Assembly: GCA_963663035.1 (NCBI GenBank)
Contig: OY760074.1
Span: 3,104,001-3,168,000, forward strand
Source of the DNA: Acidobacteriota bacterium
GTDB lineage: Bacteria; Acidobacteriota; UBA6911; RPQK01; JADFOI01
Length of the DNA: 64,000 bases
Reading direction: 5' to 3'
A program made the translations under genes and the position numbers. Below the pieces are notes generated by a model that was not told the DNA's origin, made no database searches, and worked only from the letters and a program-made list of their open reading frames with translations. Shown one piece after another: positions 10,368 through 20,700 of this stretch (the first letter of the stretch is position 1; every line of letters begins with the position of its first letter).

Positions 10368-11189
10368 ATGGCCTTTTCGCGAACAATCGCAATCGCTAAC
10401 CAGAAGGGTGGTGTCGGAAAGACCACTACGGCTATTAATCTTGGGGCCTCTCTGGCTGCAGCGGATCTGCGTGTCCTGATTGTCGACCTGGATCCGCAGG
10501 GAAATTGCACCTCCGGCCTGGGAATGGACAAAAACAGTCTTCAGACCTCAGCCTACCATGTCCTGACGGAGGGCGCCGACCCGCTCTCGGCAATTTGCAG
10601 TACTGACCTGGACTCTCTTGATCTTCTGCCGGCAAATCGAGAGCTCACCGGGGCAACCCTCGAGCTGCTAGAGGTCAAAAGGCGAGAGTTTCGCCTGGAT
10701 CTGGCCCTGGAACCCCTGCGCGAGCGCTACGATTTCATCCTCATCGATTGTCCGCCCACTCTGGGGATTCTCACCGTGAATGCCCTGGTCGCAGCTGACT
10801 CACTGCTCATCCCGATCCAGTGTGAGTACTTTGCCTTGGAAGGACTTTCCGATCTCATGGACACCCTGGGCCGGGTTCAGCAGAGCCTGAATCCGAAACT
10901 GCGCATCGAAGGTGTGCTGCTCACAATGTACGATGAGCGACTCAACCTCTCCGCTCAAATCCGCCAAAGCGTACGCGGCCATCTGGGAGACCAGGTTTTT
11001 CGGATTATCATTCCTCGCAATGTCCGCCTGGCGGAATCTCCCAGCTTCGGCAAACCGATCTTGCTGTACGCTGTACGCTCCAAGGGAGCGGACAGTTACC
11101 TGCAGCTGGCACGAGAGATCCTCGCAAAGATGGCATCCCTCGAGGGAAAGGTTCCCTATCCAACCCATTCCATCGGAGTCACCTCATGA
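10368..11189 (+). CDS. parA: Chromosome partitioning ATPase ParA/Soj
   Basis: ANQKGGVGKTTT, DLDPQGN, IDCPPTLG, PIQCEYFALEG, IPRNVRLAESPSFG; start moved to ATG 10368 because the track start lies inside parS. Confidence 0.96.
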   Translation: MAFSRTIAIANQKGGVGKTTTAINLGASLAAADLRVLIVDLDPQGNCTSGLGMDKNSLQTSAYHVLTEGADPLSAICSTDLDSLDLLPANRELTGATLELLEVKRREFRLDLALEPLRERYDFILIDCPPTLGILTVNALVAADSLLIPIQCEYFALEGLSDLMDTLGRVQQSLNPKLRIEGVLLTMYDERLNLSAQIRQSVRGHLGDQVFRIIIPRNVRLAESPSFGKPILLYAVRSKGADSYLQLAREILAKMASLEGKVPYPTHSIGVTS

Positions 11190-12025
11190 AACGCCAAGCA
11201 CTTGGAAAAGGTCTCGATGTCCTCCTCCCTCCAACCCCGGTGAGCAGCACGGCGCTGATTGAGCTGGACCTGGACCGGATCCAACCCAATCCCCTTCAAC
11301 CCCGCCTGAGGTTCGAGCCGGGAAAACTCGAAAAGCTGGCGACTTCCATCAAAGAAAACGGAGTCTTACAACCGATCGTGGTTCGCAAGAGTGGTGGGGG
11401 TTACGAGATTGTGGTGGGAGAACGCCGCTGGCGAGCCGCTCAAAAAATCGGCCTGGACCGCATTCCAGCCATCGTGCAACACGTATCGGATGAAAAGATG
11501 CTAGAGCTGGCCCTGGTCGAGAACATCCAGCGTGACGAGCTCAGCCCCATAGAGGAAGGACAAGCCTACCAACTCCTGGCAGAGCAGTTTGCTCTCACCC
11601 ACGACGAAATTGCCAGCCGTGTCGGTCGCAGTCGCACAGCTGTCACCAACAGCTTGCGCTTACTGCGTCTCCCCAGCTCCATCCAAGAGGCGGTGATGAA
11701 TGACGAGCTCTCCATGGGCCACGCTCGAGCCCTCATCCCCCTTCCCACAAAGGAGCAACTCCTCTTGGCCCAGCAAATCGTCACTCGCGGACTTTCGGTG
11801 CGACAAGCGGAGCGCCGAGCGCAGCGATACCTGAGCCCTCCCCAATCCCGTACTCCCATCAAGGACGTCAACATCCGTGCGGCCGAACAGAAACTCGAAG
11901 AGCGCTGGAAAACCCGCGTGGAAATTCGCTGCCGTGGCCAGCGCGGCCAGGTTGTCCTCCACTTTCACTCCCCGGACGACCTGGAACGACTCTACCAGGA
12001 CCTCTGGTCCTGCCAGCCAGGATGA
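11186..12025 (+). CDS. parB: Chromosome partitioning protein ParB/Spo0J
   Basis: ALGKGL N-terminus, QPR, GERRWRA, ALVENIQR, HTH; ATGA overlap with parA. Confidence 0.96.
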   Translation: MKRQALGKGLDVLLPPTPVSSTALIELDLDRIQPNPLQPRLRFEPGKLEKLATSIKENGVLQPIVVRKSGGGYEIVVGERRWRAAQKIGLDRIPAIVQHVSDEKMLELALVENIQRDELSPIEEGQAYQLLAEQFALTHDEIASRVGRSRTAVTNSLRLLRLPSSIQEAVMNDELSMGHARALIPLPTKEQLLLAQQIVTRGLSVRQAERRAQRYLSPPQSRTPIKDVNIRAAEQKLEERWKTRVEIRCRGQRGQVVLHFHSPDDLERLYQDLWSCQPG

Positions 12026-12034
12026 ATGTAGGGA

Positions 12035-13411
12035 TCACTTGCCAATGCAAAAGGTGGAGAAGATCTCCTCGAGGATTTCTTCGGCCGTAGTTTCCCCAGT
12101 GATTTGTCCCAGTGATTCCAGGGCCTTCCGGAAATCATAGAGAGGAAATTCTTCGCTCATTCCCCGGCCATAAGATTCGATGCCCGCCTGCAGGGATTTG
12201 CGGGCGGCCTCAATACAGAGCTTGTGTCGAATGTTCGTGATCATGACCCCTTCCTGTTCGATTCTGTGTTCCCGAGTTACGGCGCTCAAAAGGGAGCTCT
12301 TGAGTTCATGAAGATGGGTTCCCTTCAGCGCAGAGACTCGAACGGCGGCCACACAGGCTGCTTCCACCTCCGGGGGAATCTGCAGGCAGCCAGCCAGGTC
12401 CTCCTTGTTGATCACCAAAACACAGCGGTGCTCCCGGATCAGCTCCCAAACTCGGAAGTCCTCCTCGCCAAAGGGGGTCGTCTGATCCAGCACAAACAGG
12501 ACTACCTCGGCTTGACGCAGGTACTCCAACGACTTCTGGACTCCCAACTTTTCCAGGGCATCTTTGACCTCCCGGATACCGGCCGTGTCCACCAGGCGGA
12601 CCGGGATTCCTTCCAGATCAATGGTCTCCGTCACGGCATCGCGCGTGGTACCGGGGACATCTGTTACAATCACCCTGTCATCTAGCACTAAAGCATTGAA
12701 AAGACTTGACTTGCCTGCATTTGGCTTGCCTGTGATGGAGACCGTAATTCCCTCCTGGACAAGTCTTCCTAAGGAGAAGCTTTCTTCCAGCTGCTCCAGT
12801 TGCCGATCGGCTATTTGCAACCCTTCCAGGAGCTCCCCGCGTCCCTGCAACTCGACCTCATCCTCGACAAACTCCAGCGCTGTCTCCATCTGACACAAAA
12901 TCCGCACAATTTCAGCCTTGATGGGCTTGAGGGCTTGAGAAACCTTTCCCTCCAATTGCTCAGCCGCGACCTTGGCCTGAAACGCCGTTTGGCTTTCTAT
13001 CAAGCCTCGAACCGCTTCGGCTTGAGCCAAGTCCATCTTGCCATTCAGAAACGCTCGCCAGGTGAATTCTCCCGGCTCAGCCAGGAGAGCGCCCAATTCC
13101 ACCAAGCCCTCAACCACCTGCTGAGCTACCACTGGGCTACCGTGACACGAGATCTCGACCAGGTCCTCTCCAGTATAAGAGGCGGGGCCAGGGAAAAAGG
13201 TGAGCAAGACTTGATCCAGTGGGTTTCCGTGGCAATCCAGGAAGCGGCCCAGGAGGGGCCTTCTGGCAATCCAATCTGTCTGGCCGGCGGCGCGAAACCG
13301 CTGGCAGGCAAATTCCCTGGCTTGCAAGCCACTCAGGCGCACAAGCGTTATGGCGCCTTGGCCAGGAGGGGTCGCAATGGCGACAATCGTTTTGTCTCCA
13401 CTGAATGTCAC
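12035..13411 (-). CDS. mnmE: tRNA modification GTPase MnmE (TrmE)
   Basis: IVAIATPPG, SYTGED, GKPNAGKSS, GTTRD, DTAGIR, C-terminal FCIGK. Confidence 0.97.
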   Translation of the reverse strand: MTFSGDKTIVAIATPPGQGAITLVRLSGLQAREFACQRFRAAGQTDWIARRPLLGRFLDCHGNPLDQVLLTFFPGPASYTGEDLVEISCHGSPVVAQQVVEGLVELGALLAEPGEFTWRAFLNGKMDLAQAEAVRGLIESQTAFQAKVAAEQLEGKVSQALKPIKAEIVRILCQMETALEFVEDEVELQGRGELLEGLQIADRQLEQLEESFSLGRLVQEGITVSITGKPNAGKSSLFNALVLDDRVIVTDVPGTTRDAVTETIDLEGIPVRLVDTAGIREVKDALEKLGVQKSLEYLRQAEVVLFVLDQTTPFGEEDFRVWELIREHRCVLVINKEDLAGCLQIPPEVEAACVAAVRVSALKGTHLHELKSSLLSAVTREHRIEQEGVMITNIRHKLCIEAARKSLQAGIESYGRGMSEEFPLYDFRKALESLGQITGETTAEEILEEIFSTFCIGK

Positions 13412-13424
13412 GGCAACAAAACAG

Positions 13425-13892
13425 CTAGCTGGCTGGAAAGATCACAACGCGGCGTTGAATGCCGGTGTCTTCGCTCTCGGTCCTGACACCTGGCTCCTCG
13501 GCTAATGCCAGATGGATGACACGGCGCTCACTGGCAGGCATGGGGTCCAGTGGGAGAAGATCGCCCGAAACCTTGACTCTTTCCGCTATCGTGCCAGCCA
13601 GCTCTTCAAGCTCCGCTTCTCGGGTCGCTCGATATTCATTGCACTCGACCACGAAATTGCACTGTTGCGGTGATCTCTCATAGAAGGCACGGTTGAGCAG
13701 ATGGTTGATCGCATATAACAGGCGCCCATTATTGCTCACCACCATAGAGGCATCGTTGCCAGAGAGCCAAACCGTGACCACCTGCCCGTCTGGCTGGCAG
13801 TCAAACTCCAGATCAAGGCCAGTCCCCTTGAGTAAGCCATCCAGAAACTGGCCCACTTCTTTCGTCAACTTCTCTTTGTCCAAGTCCATCAT
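13425..13892 (-). CDS. Jag/KhpB (EloR)-like KH-R3H RNA-binding protein, short form
   Basis: LDPMPASERRVIHLAL (R3H); true start MMDLDKEK overlaps the yidC stop; canonical position between yidC and mnmE. Confidence 0.85.
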   Translation of the reverse strand: MMDLDKEKLTKEVGQFLDGLLKGTGLDLEFDCQPDGQVVTVWLSGNDASMVVSNNGRLLYAINHLLNRAFYERSPQQCNFVVECNEYRATREAELEELAGTIAERVKVSGDLLPLDPMPASERRVIHLALAEEPGVRTESEDTGIQRRVVIFPAS

Positions 13893-15565
13893 TTTTTCTT
13901 GGTGGATTTCTTGGCGGGGACCTCTTGCGCAAGGTCTTGCCACCTTTGGAACGAAAACTGAAACATCATACCAAAGAGATTGCTGAACAGAAAATAGAGG
14001 ACCAGGCCGCTGGAAAAACTCAGGAAGAAAAAGGTAAAGACGACGGGAAGCATCATCATCATCTTGCGTTGGGTGGGGTCGCCAGCTGCTGGAGTCATCT
14101 TCTGCTGAACAACCATGCTTATTCCCATTAAAATCGGAGTTACATAGTAGGGGTCGTGCTGGGAGAGATCCTGGATCCAACCGATGAAGGGAGCGCCCCG
14201 CAACTCGATAGAAGAGTACAACATTCTATAGAAAGCAAAGAGAAAGGGCATCTGAATCACCAGCGGCAGGCAGCCCCCCAAAGGGTTGACCCCGTGTGTT
14301 TTGTAAAGGGCCATCACTTCTTCATTCATCTTTTGCTTGCGCGGATCGGTGCTCTTCATCCTCTTGTACCTGTCCTGAATGGACTTCATTTGAGGTTGGA
14401 GCTCCGACATTTTCTTCATGGAGGCCATCTGCTTGTAGCGCACCGGGAAAAGCACCAGATTAATGCCGAACGTCAGGAGAATGATCGCGAAGCCGTAGTT
14501 GTGAAGGTACTGGTAGATAAAATTCAAGCTAAACAACAGCGGTCGAACCAGGAAGGCAAACCAACCATAGTCAATCAGCTGGCCAAGTGTGGGGTCTACG
14601 GCTTCCAGGACCGGGTAGGCTTTTGGGCTCAGGAGGGCGCTGTAGAGTGCCCCCTCTTCCATCTCCACCTCGGCCAGCAATAAGGGGCCGTCTATCTCCT
14701 CGCCGTCAGGCGCTCCCGGCGCTTCACTCCGTAGAATTCTCCCTCCCAGGATGCCTCCAGGATTGAGAAGGAGATAGGTGAAAAACTTGCTGTCCAGCGC
14801 CACCCAGCGGGTGCCCGTGTTAAACCGTATCGGTTCCTCTTCTACATCGTCCACGCTGTGGCGCTCTACCGCTCCATCCAGAAAATATGCGGCTTGAGGC
14901 AGCGCGAAGTCCCCCTGGCCGCTGGAGGCGCCTTCGCCGATTCCGGGTCCTAAAAGGACAGAAAAGGGAATAGAGCGCCCTTGTGCGCGGACCTCTGTTT
15001 CCATCTCCACCAGATAGCCCGTCTCAGGGAGGCGGATTTTCCGATTCACTTCGATCACAGAATCCTGGTAATGCAGCGTGATCTCAGCAGGAGCCCGTAC
15101 CCTGGTCCCGCTAACCCCGCCCACTTCATATACGGCCTCTTTCAACCGCTGGTCCAGTCCTGAATCCCCCACCCGGATCCCAAACGTCTGTCTTTGGGAC
15201 TCAGGTAATTGTTGAGGAATCAGTTCCAGGGGATTCCCTTCAGCTGCGCGGTAGTTTTTGAGTAGAGCGCTCAGCAAAACTCCACCGCCATTACTCCAGC
15301 GCAGCAGAAGGTCCTCATTCTCTATCTCGAAGAGCTGGTGGGCCACGCGAGTAGGCTCTACCTCCGCTGCTTCAGGCAGCGGCAACTCCTGGCCGCTATC
15401 TGATGGGCCCGGCTCCTCGATTTCAATGGCTTGCTCTGCTGGGGGTGGTTGGGGTGGTTGGGGTGGTTGGCGATACAAAAACAGAAACAGCACCGCCATA
15501 GATAAAACCATGGCCAGCAGGAGCCGCTTTTCCATATCCATTTCGGGAAGATCTTGGATGGCCAT
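13889..15565 (-). CDS. yidC: Membrane protein insertase YidC
   Basis: EKRLLLA N-terminal TM, IDYGWF, VNPLGGCLP, LRGAPFIGWIQDLSQHDPYY; start may be 15541 or 15535. Confidence 0.95.
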   Translation of the reverse strand: MAIQDLPEMDMEKRLLLAMVLSMAVLFLFLYRQPPQPPQPPPAEQAIEIEEPGPSDSGQELPLPEAAEVEPTRVAHQLFEIENEDLLLRWSNGGGVLLSALLKNYRAAEGNPLELIPQQLPESQRQTFGIRVGDSGLDQRLKEAVYEVGGVSGTRVRAPAEITLHYQDSVIEVNRKIRLPETGYLVEMETEVRAQGRSIPFSVLLGPGIGEGASSGQGDFALPQAAYFLDGAVERHSVDDVEEEPIRFNTGTRWVALDSKFFTYLLLNPGGILGGRILRSEAPGAPDGEEIDGPLLLAEVEMEEGALYSALLSPKAYPVLEAVDPTLGQLIDYGWFAFLVRPLLFSLNFIYQYLHNYGFAIILLTFGINLVLFPVRYKQMASMKKMSELQPQMKSIQDRYKRMKSTDPRKQKMNEEVMALYKTHGVNPLGGCLPLVIQMPFLFAFYRMLYSSIELRGAPFIGWIQDLSQHDPYYVTPILMGISMVVQQKMTPAAGDPTQRKMMMMLPVVFTFFFLSFSSGLVLYFLFSNLFGMMFQFSFQRWQDLAQEVPAKKSTKKK

Positions 15566-15581
15566 GAGGTTGCGCTCGCTC

Positions 15582-15791
15582 TCAGGGAACCGGGTCGAAT
15601 CCCCCCGGATTCCAGGGATGGCAGCGAAGTATTCTCTTTACTCCGAGATAGGTGCCTTGCCAGCTTCCCAACTTGTGGATTGCCTGATACATGTATTCAG
15701 AACAGGAAGGGGTGAATCGACAGGCACGCGGCAGAATGGGTGCAATGCCCCTCTGGTAGATCCTGATTAGCCCCAATGCCAGAATTTTCAC
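15582..15791 (-). CDS. yidD: Membrane protein insertion efficiency factor YidD
   Basis: [27 protein letters not shown]; probable GTG start 15791 after AGGAGG. Confidence 0.92.
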   Translation of the reverse strand: MKILALGLIRIYQRGIAPILPRACRFTPSCSEYMYQAIHKLGSWQGTYLGVKRILRCHPWNPGGFDPVP

Positions 15792-15816
15792 TAACCTTGC
15801 TTCTCCTCCTGAGGCT

Positions 15817-16173
15817 CTATCCTTTGCGCCTCCAGCGCCCAATCGCTTTTAGAAAATCTTCTTGGATTTGCTGAGTGTAAACGTTAGCAGCGGCCCGTTT
15901 TGCGTTTACTACCAAATCGCAGTGGGGGGTGATGGCTTGCTTGTTCGCTCTGAAGATTTCGCGCAGGTGGCGCTTGATTCGATTTCGGACTACTGCTCTG
16001 CCAATCTTTCGGGAAACCGTAATCCCCAGCCGGTTATAGGGCAACCTGTTCTCCAATAAATAGAAAACAAAATAGGTTGCCTGAACCTTATCGCCCCGTT
16101 TATAAACACCCAGGAATTCCCTCCTTTTTCGAAGGCGTTCCTCTTTGGGAAATCCACACCCGGATTCACCCAC
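15817..16173 (-). CDS. rnpA: Ribonuclease P protein component
   Basis: [29 protein letters not shown]. Confidence 0.95.
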   Translation of the reverse strand: MGESGCGFPKEERLRKRREFLGVYKRGDKVQATYFVFYLLENRLPYNRLGITVSRKIGRAVVRNRIKRHLREIFRANKQAITPHCDLVVNAKRAAANVYTQQIQEDFLKAIGRWRRKG

Positions 16174-16306
16174 TCACCGTCAACCTCTTTCGCCCTTTCG
16201 CGCGCCTCCTTCTTAACACGACTCGGCCTGCGTGCTGCCGCATTCGCTCACGAAATCCGTGTTTCTTGCGGCGACGTCTGTTCCTCGGTTGAAATGTCCG
16301 TTTCAT
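16166..16306 (-). CDS. rpmH: 50S ribosomal protein L34
   Basis: [22 protein letters not shown]...[12 protein letters not shown]. Confidence 0.97.
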   Translation of the reverse strand: MKRTFQPRNRRRRKKHGFRERMRQHAGRVVLRRRRAKGRKRLTVSG

Positions 16307-16381
16307 GACCTCAATTTTCCTCTTGCAGGGAGCGGTGATGGTACCAACTTTGCCCCCCCGGTTCAACTCCGATCTCGCTCA

Positions 16382-17230
16382 CTACATACCCTTTCGTTGC
16401 TGACTACTGTCGCGCGGATAACACCCAAGAACTTCCAGGAACTCGGTGAGTTCCTGTAAATGGGCCAGTGCCTTTCTGATGTTATCCTCTTTGGTATTAC
16501 CTAAAAAGTCTAGATAAAAGAGGTACTCCCAGGGGCGCCCCCGGATGGGCCGAGACTCAATCTTGGTCAGATCAATGTCGCGCAAGGCAAAAACGCTCAT
16601 GCACTTAAAAAGGGCTCCAGGGGTGTTCCTGAAGCTGAAAGCAACCGAGGTTTTATCTGTTTTTTTCCCTGCTTTAACTTCTGACGAGAGAAGGAAAAAG
16701 CGGGTGAAGTTTTCCTTGTCGTCTTGGATATCAGTCATCACAACTTCGCCGCCATAGTATTCAGCGGCTTGTTTTCCGGCAATGGCCGCACAGTCCCGCA
16801 AGTTCTGTTCCACAATTCGCTTAACACTCCCCGACGTATCATAGGCGCTACGCTTAATAAGGTTGGGAAACTGCTCAAAGAAGGTATCGCATTGATCAAG
16901 TGCTACCGGATGAGAAAGCACCGTGGTGACTTCCTCAAAAGTCGTGCCGGCCATAACAATCAGGTTGTGGTTGATTTGGAGATTAATCTCCTTGGCAATC
17001 CTGAGATGGTGCCGTAGTAGCAAGTCGTAGTTTTTGTGAATAGACCCGGCGAGAGAGTTTTCGATGGGGATTAAACAATACTGTGTTTCCTGGTTTGCGG
17101 TCAGTTGGAAGACATCTTCAAAGCGCTCACAACAGCGAAGTTCTGCGTTCTTTCCGAGAAGCCGCATTGCCGCCTCCTCGCTATAGGACCCCCGCTCCCC
17201 TTGGATTGCTACAACCGTCTTTTCCGTCAT
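16382..17230 (-). CDS. pheA: Prephenate dehydratase with ACT domain
   Basis: QGERGSYS, PIENSLAGS, SHPVAL, NFTRF, LTKIESRP. Confidence 0.93.
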   Translation of the reverse strand: MTEKTVVAIQGERGSYSEEAAMRLLGKNAELRCCERFEDVFQLTANQETQYCLIPIENSLAGSIHKNYDLLLRHHLRIAKEINLQINHNLIVMAGTTFEEVTTVLSHPVALDQCDTFFEQFPNLIKRSAYDTSGSVKRIVEQNLRDCAAIAGKQAAEYYGGEVVMTDIQDDKENFTRFFLLSSEVKAGKKTDKTSVAFSFRNTPGALFKCMSVFALRDIDLTKIESRPIRGRPWEYLFYLDFLGNTKEDNIRKALAHLQELTEFLEVLGCYPRDSSQQRKGM

Positions 17231-17239
17231 CCCCTTACT

Positions 17240-17515
17240 CTACCCCGCCCTCCACAGATCCTTCGACAACCCAAACCATTCTATCCTCTTTCCTTATCAA
17301 ACCCTTACACACTTCTCATTGGACAAGCCTTGTGGATCCCCTAAATCCTTCCTCGCCTTTTTCCTTTTCCCTGAAGGCTGTGCAATACCTACTCTTTATC
17401 CACAGCACCACCAACAAGCACGATGCTTTACTCTACATTGCTTTGCTGGGTTTTCAACAGAATCCACAGCACCTAATACGACTACTAAGATTAAACTAAA
17501 TTTATTTACTAGGAG
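17240..17515. other. oriC: Putative chromosomal replication origin (oriC)
   Basis: Perfect DnaA box TTATCCACA (17396-17404); tandem boxes TTTTCAACA-GAATCCACA (17451-17468), then GCACC, trio array TAATACGACTACTAA (17474-17488) and an AT-rich tract; degenerate box TGTGGATCC (17331-17339); about 1 kb from rpmH. Confidence 0.75.
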
Positions 17516-17528
17516 TTACCAATGGAAC

Positions 17529-17627
17529 TGGCGGAGGCACATGGGAATCGAACCCACCAACCCCAATTCTCATTGCGGCTCGGCTGGTTTTGAAGACCAG
17601 GCCCATCACCAGACAGGAAGTACCTCC
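17529..17627 (-). tRNA. selC: tRNA-Sec (anticodon UCA)
   Basis: 8-bp acceptor GGAGGTAC/GTGCCTCC, anticodon arm CTGGT-CTTCAAA-ACCAG, long variable arm, GGTTCGATTCC T-loop, GCCA end; 99 nt. Confidence 0.95.
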
Positions 17628-17767
17628 CGGGTTGGAGTATACCACTCCCGAGACGCTTTTCTTCTGGCCCGATGATACCCCTCCTCGCTATACTTCCTTG
17701 GAACTGCAGTGAACAACACAAAGGGAGTAAACTCTACGTTCAGACTACCCAAAAGTTTGTAGAAAGC

Positions 17768-20700
17768 ATGAATAGAATAACAGAGGCTTTGGAGCAAAAA
17801 GTAATCTTTATCACCGGGGCTACTGGGTTTTTAGGTCAACCGCTGGTGGAGAAGATCCTGAGAGTTGCACCCGGTGTTAAGCGAATCTATCTTCTCATTC
17901 GGCCCAAGCGGCAACTTGCTGGTCAGGTCATGACGGCCGAGGAGAGGTTAGCGAAGGAATTATTCCAATCCAACATTTTTGAACGCCTGCGCTATAAGTA
18001 CCAGGACCAACTCAAAGGGTTTCTCCAAGAAAAGTTAGTTGCGGTTTCAGGGGATATTTCCGAACCTGGGTTAGGGTTGGACAGCGCCCTCAGGAGTCGA
18101 CTCGAAGAGGAGGTTGATATTGTCATCAACAGCGCTGCAGCGGTCTCATTCGATGCGCCATTGGATGAAGCTCTTAAAGCCAACGTTTTGAGCGCTGGCC
18201 GCATTGCCACCTTTACAAGTTCTTGTAAGGGAGCAATGTTGGTTCACGTCTCTACTGCCTATGTCAGCGGTGTTGCCGAAAACTTCGTCCCTGAGACGAT
18301 TTACCACTCAGCTTCGGGAGCAGAAGCAGCACAACCACACCCACCAGGGAAGTTCAGTGATGTGGATCAGGAAATTAAATATATCCATAAAATGATTGAA
18401 CAGGTTAAATTAGCCTCTCACGAGCCGAAACTCAAAAAAGTGCTTCTGAAAGAACCCCGCAAGCCTCGAAGAGGCGGTAAACGAGTGCCTCGTGCAGAGA
18501 AATGGGAAATCCTGCGCAAGAAATGGGTACAGGGCCGTTTGACCGAAGAGGGCATGAAGTGGGCGCGCCACCGAGGATGGAACGATACATACACCTACAC
18601 CAAGGCCATGGGCGAGCAGATGGTGGTTAAGAGACGGAATGGAATCCCTACCGTCATCATTCGCCCCTCAGTTATTGAGAGCAGCTTCTCAGAGCCCACT
18701 CCTGGCTGGCTGGACGGATTACGAATGGCCGACCCTCTCATTGTGGCAATTGGGAAGGGCCGCCTCCGGTCGCTACCCCTTGACGCGGATGTCATCCTTG
18801 ACCTAGTGCCGGTTGATATGGTCGTGAATGCCCTGCTGGCCACGATTCCGCCGGCCATTGAAGGTGGCGGGATGAAGGTGTATCACGTCGCGACGGGCGC
18901 AAAAAACCCGGTTACACTAGGTGAGCTCCACAGGCTTGTCTACCAGTATTTTCAAAAAAACCCACTATTGGACAAACGGGGCAACCCAATCCGCATCAAA
19001 CCACTAAAGTTTCCCAAACAGAGCGCTTTCCGGCTACAGCACAAGTTGAAAACGATGCCCTTACAGACAGCTGAGCTCACACTAGCAAGGCTGCCTTCTT
19101 TCAACACAACAGACAAAGTGAAGCGGAAGATCTCTACCGCTAAGGCTACCTACGAGAAGCTGTACTACTATGGAGAGATCTACCGGCCCTATCTTAATTT
19201 GGCCTGCAGCTTCGAAGTGCAAAACACGCTGCAGCTGTTCGATGCCTTAAATGAAGAGGAAAAAGAGCTTCTCAACTTCAATATTGAACGCTTAAACTGG
19301 CGCCACTACATTCAAAACGTTCACATTCCGGGTGTAAAAAAACACGTACTTAAGCTGGATGACTCCCCAACCCCGCTGGACGCAACCACTTCCTCCGATG
19401 CACTGACAATCAATGCGCTTGTTGACAACACTACAGAGAGATTTCCAAACAAGACCGCGATTCAAATGAAGCGCCAAGGTCACTGGCAGCGATTTACCTA
19501 TAAAGAGCTTCAATCCATCTCTCAGGAGATCGGGCAAGCTTTTTTAGGGATGGGACTTCGAAAAGGGGACCGCGTTGTCCTCTATTCGGAGAACAAGCCA
19601 GAGTGGGGAATCGCTTATCTGGGAGCAACCTCAGTGGGTTTGGTGGTTGTACCGCTGGATGCCCAGACGTGGCACAAAGAAGTCTGGGCGGCCGCACGGT
19701 TTACCCAGGCACGGGCATTGTTGGCATCCGAGGACTGCCTTGAGAGGCTTGCCCCGGAAGGCTTAGAAGAAAACGAGCGTCAGGATTCCCCGGTTCAATT
19801 ATTGAACCTTGATAATCGATGCACACCTTTTAAAGCGAAGGAATTTCCACGCAGCACTCGATTGTCTTCCCAGAAGAGGGAGGTTACGGAAAAGATCGAA
19901 GTGAAGCCTGGCGATCCGGCTTCGATCATCTTCACAAACAGCACCGCGGTAGACCCAAAAGGAGTGGCGCACAGCCATCGCAACTTCATCAACAACTTCC
20001 TGGGGGTCAATCACCACTTACCAATCGAACCAAGCGACCAGCTACTTTCCGTTCTTCCCCTGTCCCACGCCCTTGAATTCACTTGTGGATTCCTGATGGC
20101 GATCTATGGTGGAGCCACAGTGACCTACGTCGATTCACTCAAGCCGAAGGTCATTCTTGAATCGATGCAAAAGACGGGAACAACTTGCATGCTGGGAGTC
20201 CCTACTCTGTATGCTTTGATTCGAGATGATATAGAGCGGCGCATTCTGAGAACTCCTAAATCAGCTTTTAAATCAAACCTTCTCGCCACCTCGAAACAGG
20301 TGAGCCTGTCGGTGGAGCGGAAATTCGGAAAGAACATTGGCCGCCAACTTTTCGGCCGCGTGCACCAGGAATTTGGGGGGCAGATCAGACTTTTCGTGAG
20401 CGGTGGGTCTGCGTTGGGGGAAAAGCTCTACCAAGACTTCAAGGTGCTTGGAATGCCGATTTACGAGGGTTATGGCTTAACCGAAACGGCCCCCGTTCTC
20501 ACCGTCAACCCTTTAGGGCACAGCAGGAAAGGATCCGCGGGAAAGCCTCTTCCCGGTGTGGAACTCAGAGTCTTTCGTCCGGATAAGGAGGGAATTGGCG
20601 AGATTGTAGCGCGGAGTCCCAGCTTAATGGAGGGTTACTACAACAATCCTGCAGCCACGGAGTTCGTGATGAGAGAGGGCTGGTTTCATACCGGCGACCT

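Noticed and set aside
13893-14180. Long N-terminal extension of the Jag ORF, and similar extensions of sppA (1436), parA (10323), chdC (53811) and the flavin reductase (55797)
   Set aside because: They overlap neighbouring genes or sites; better starts with RBS or stop-start coupling exist downstream
15438-15470. GGTTGGGGT tandem repeat / G-quadruplex-like tract
   Set aside because: It simply encodes the QPPQPPQPPP linker of YidC
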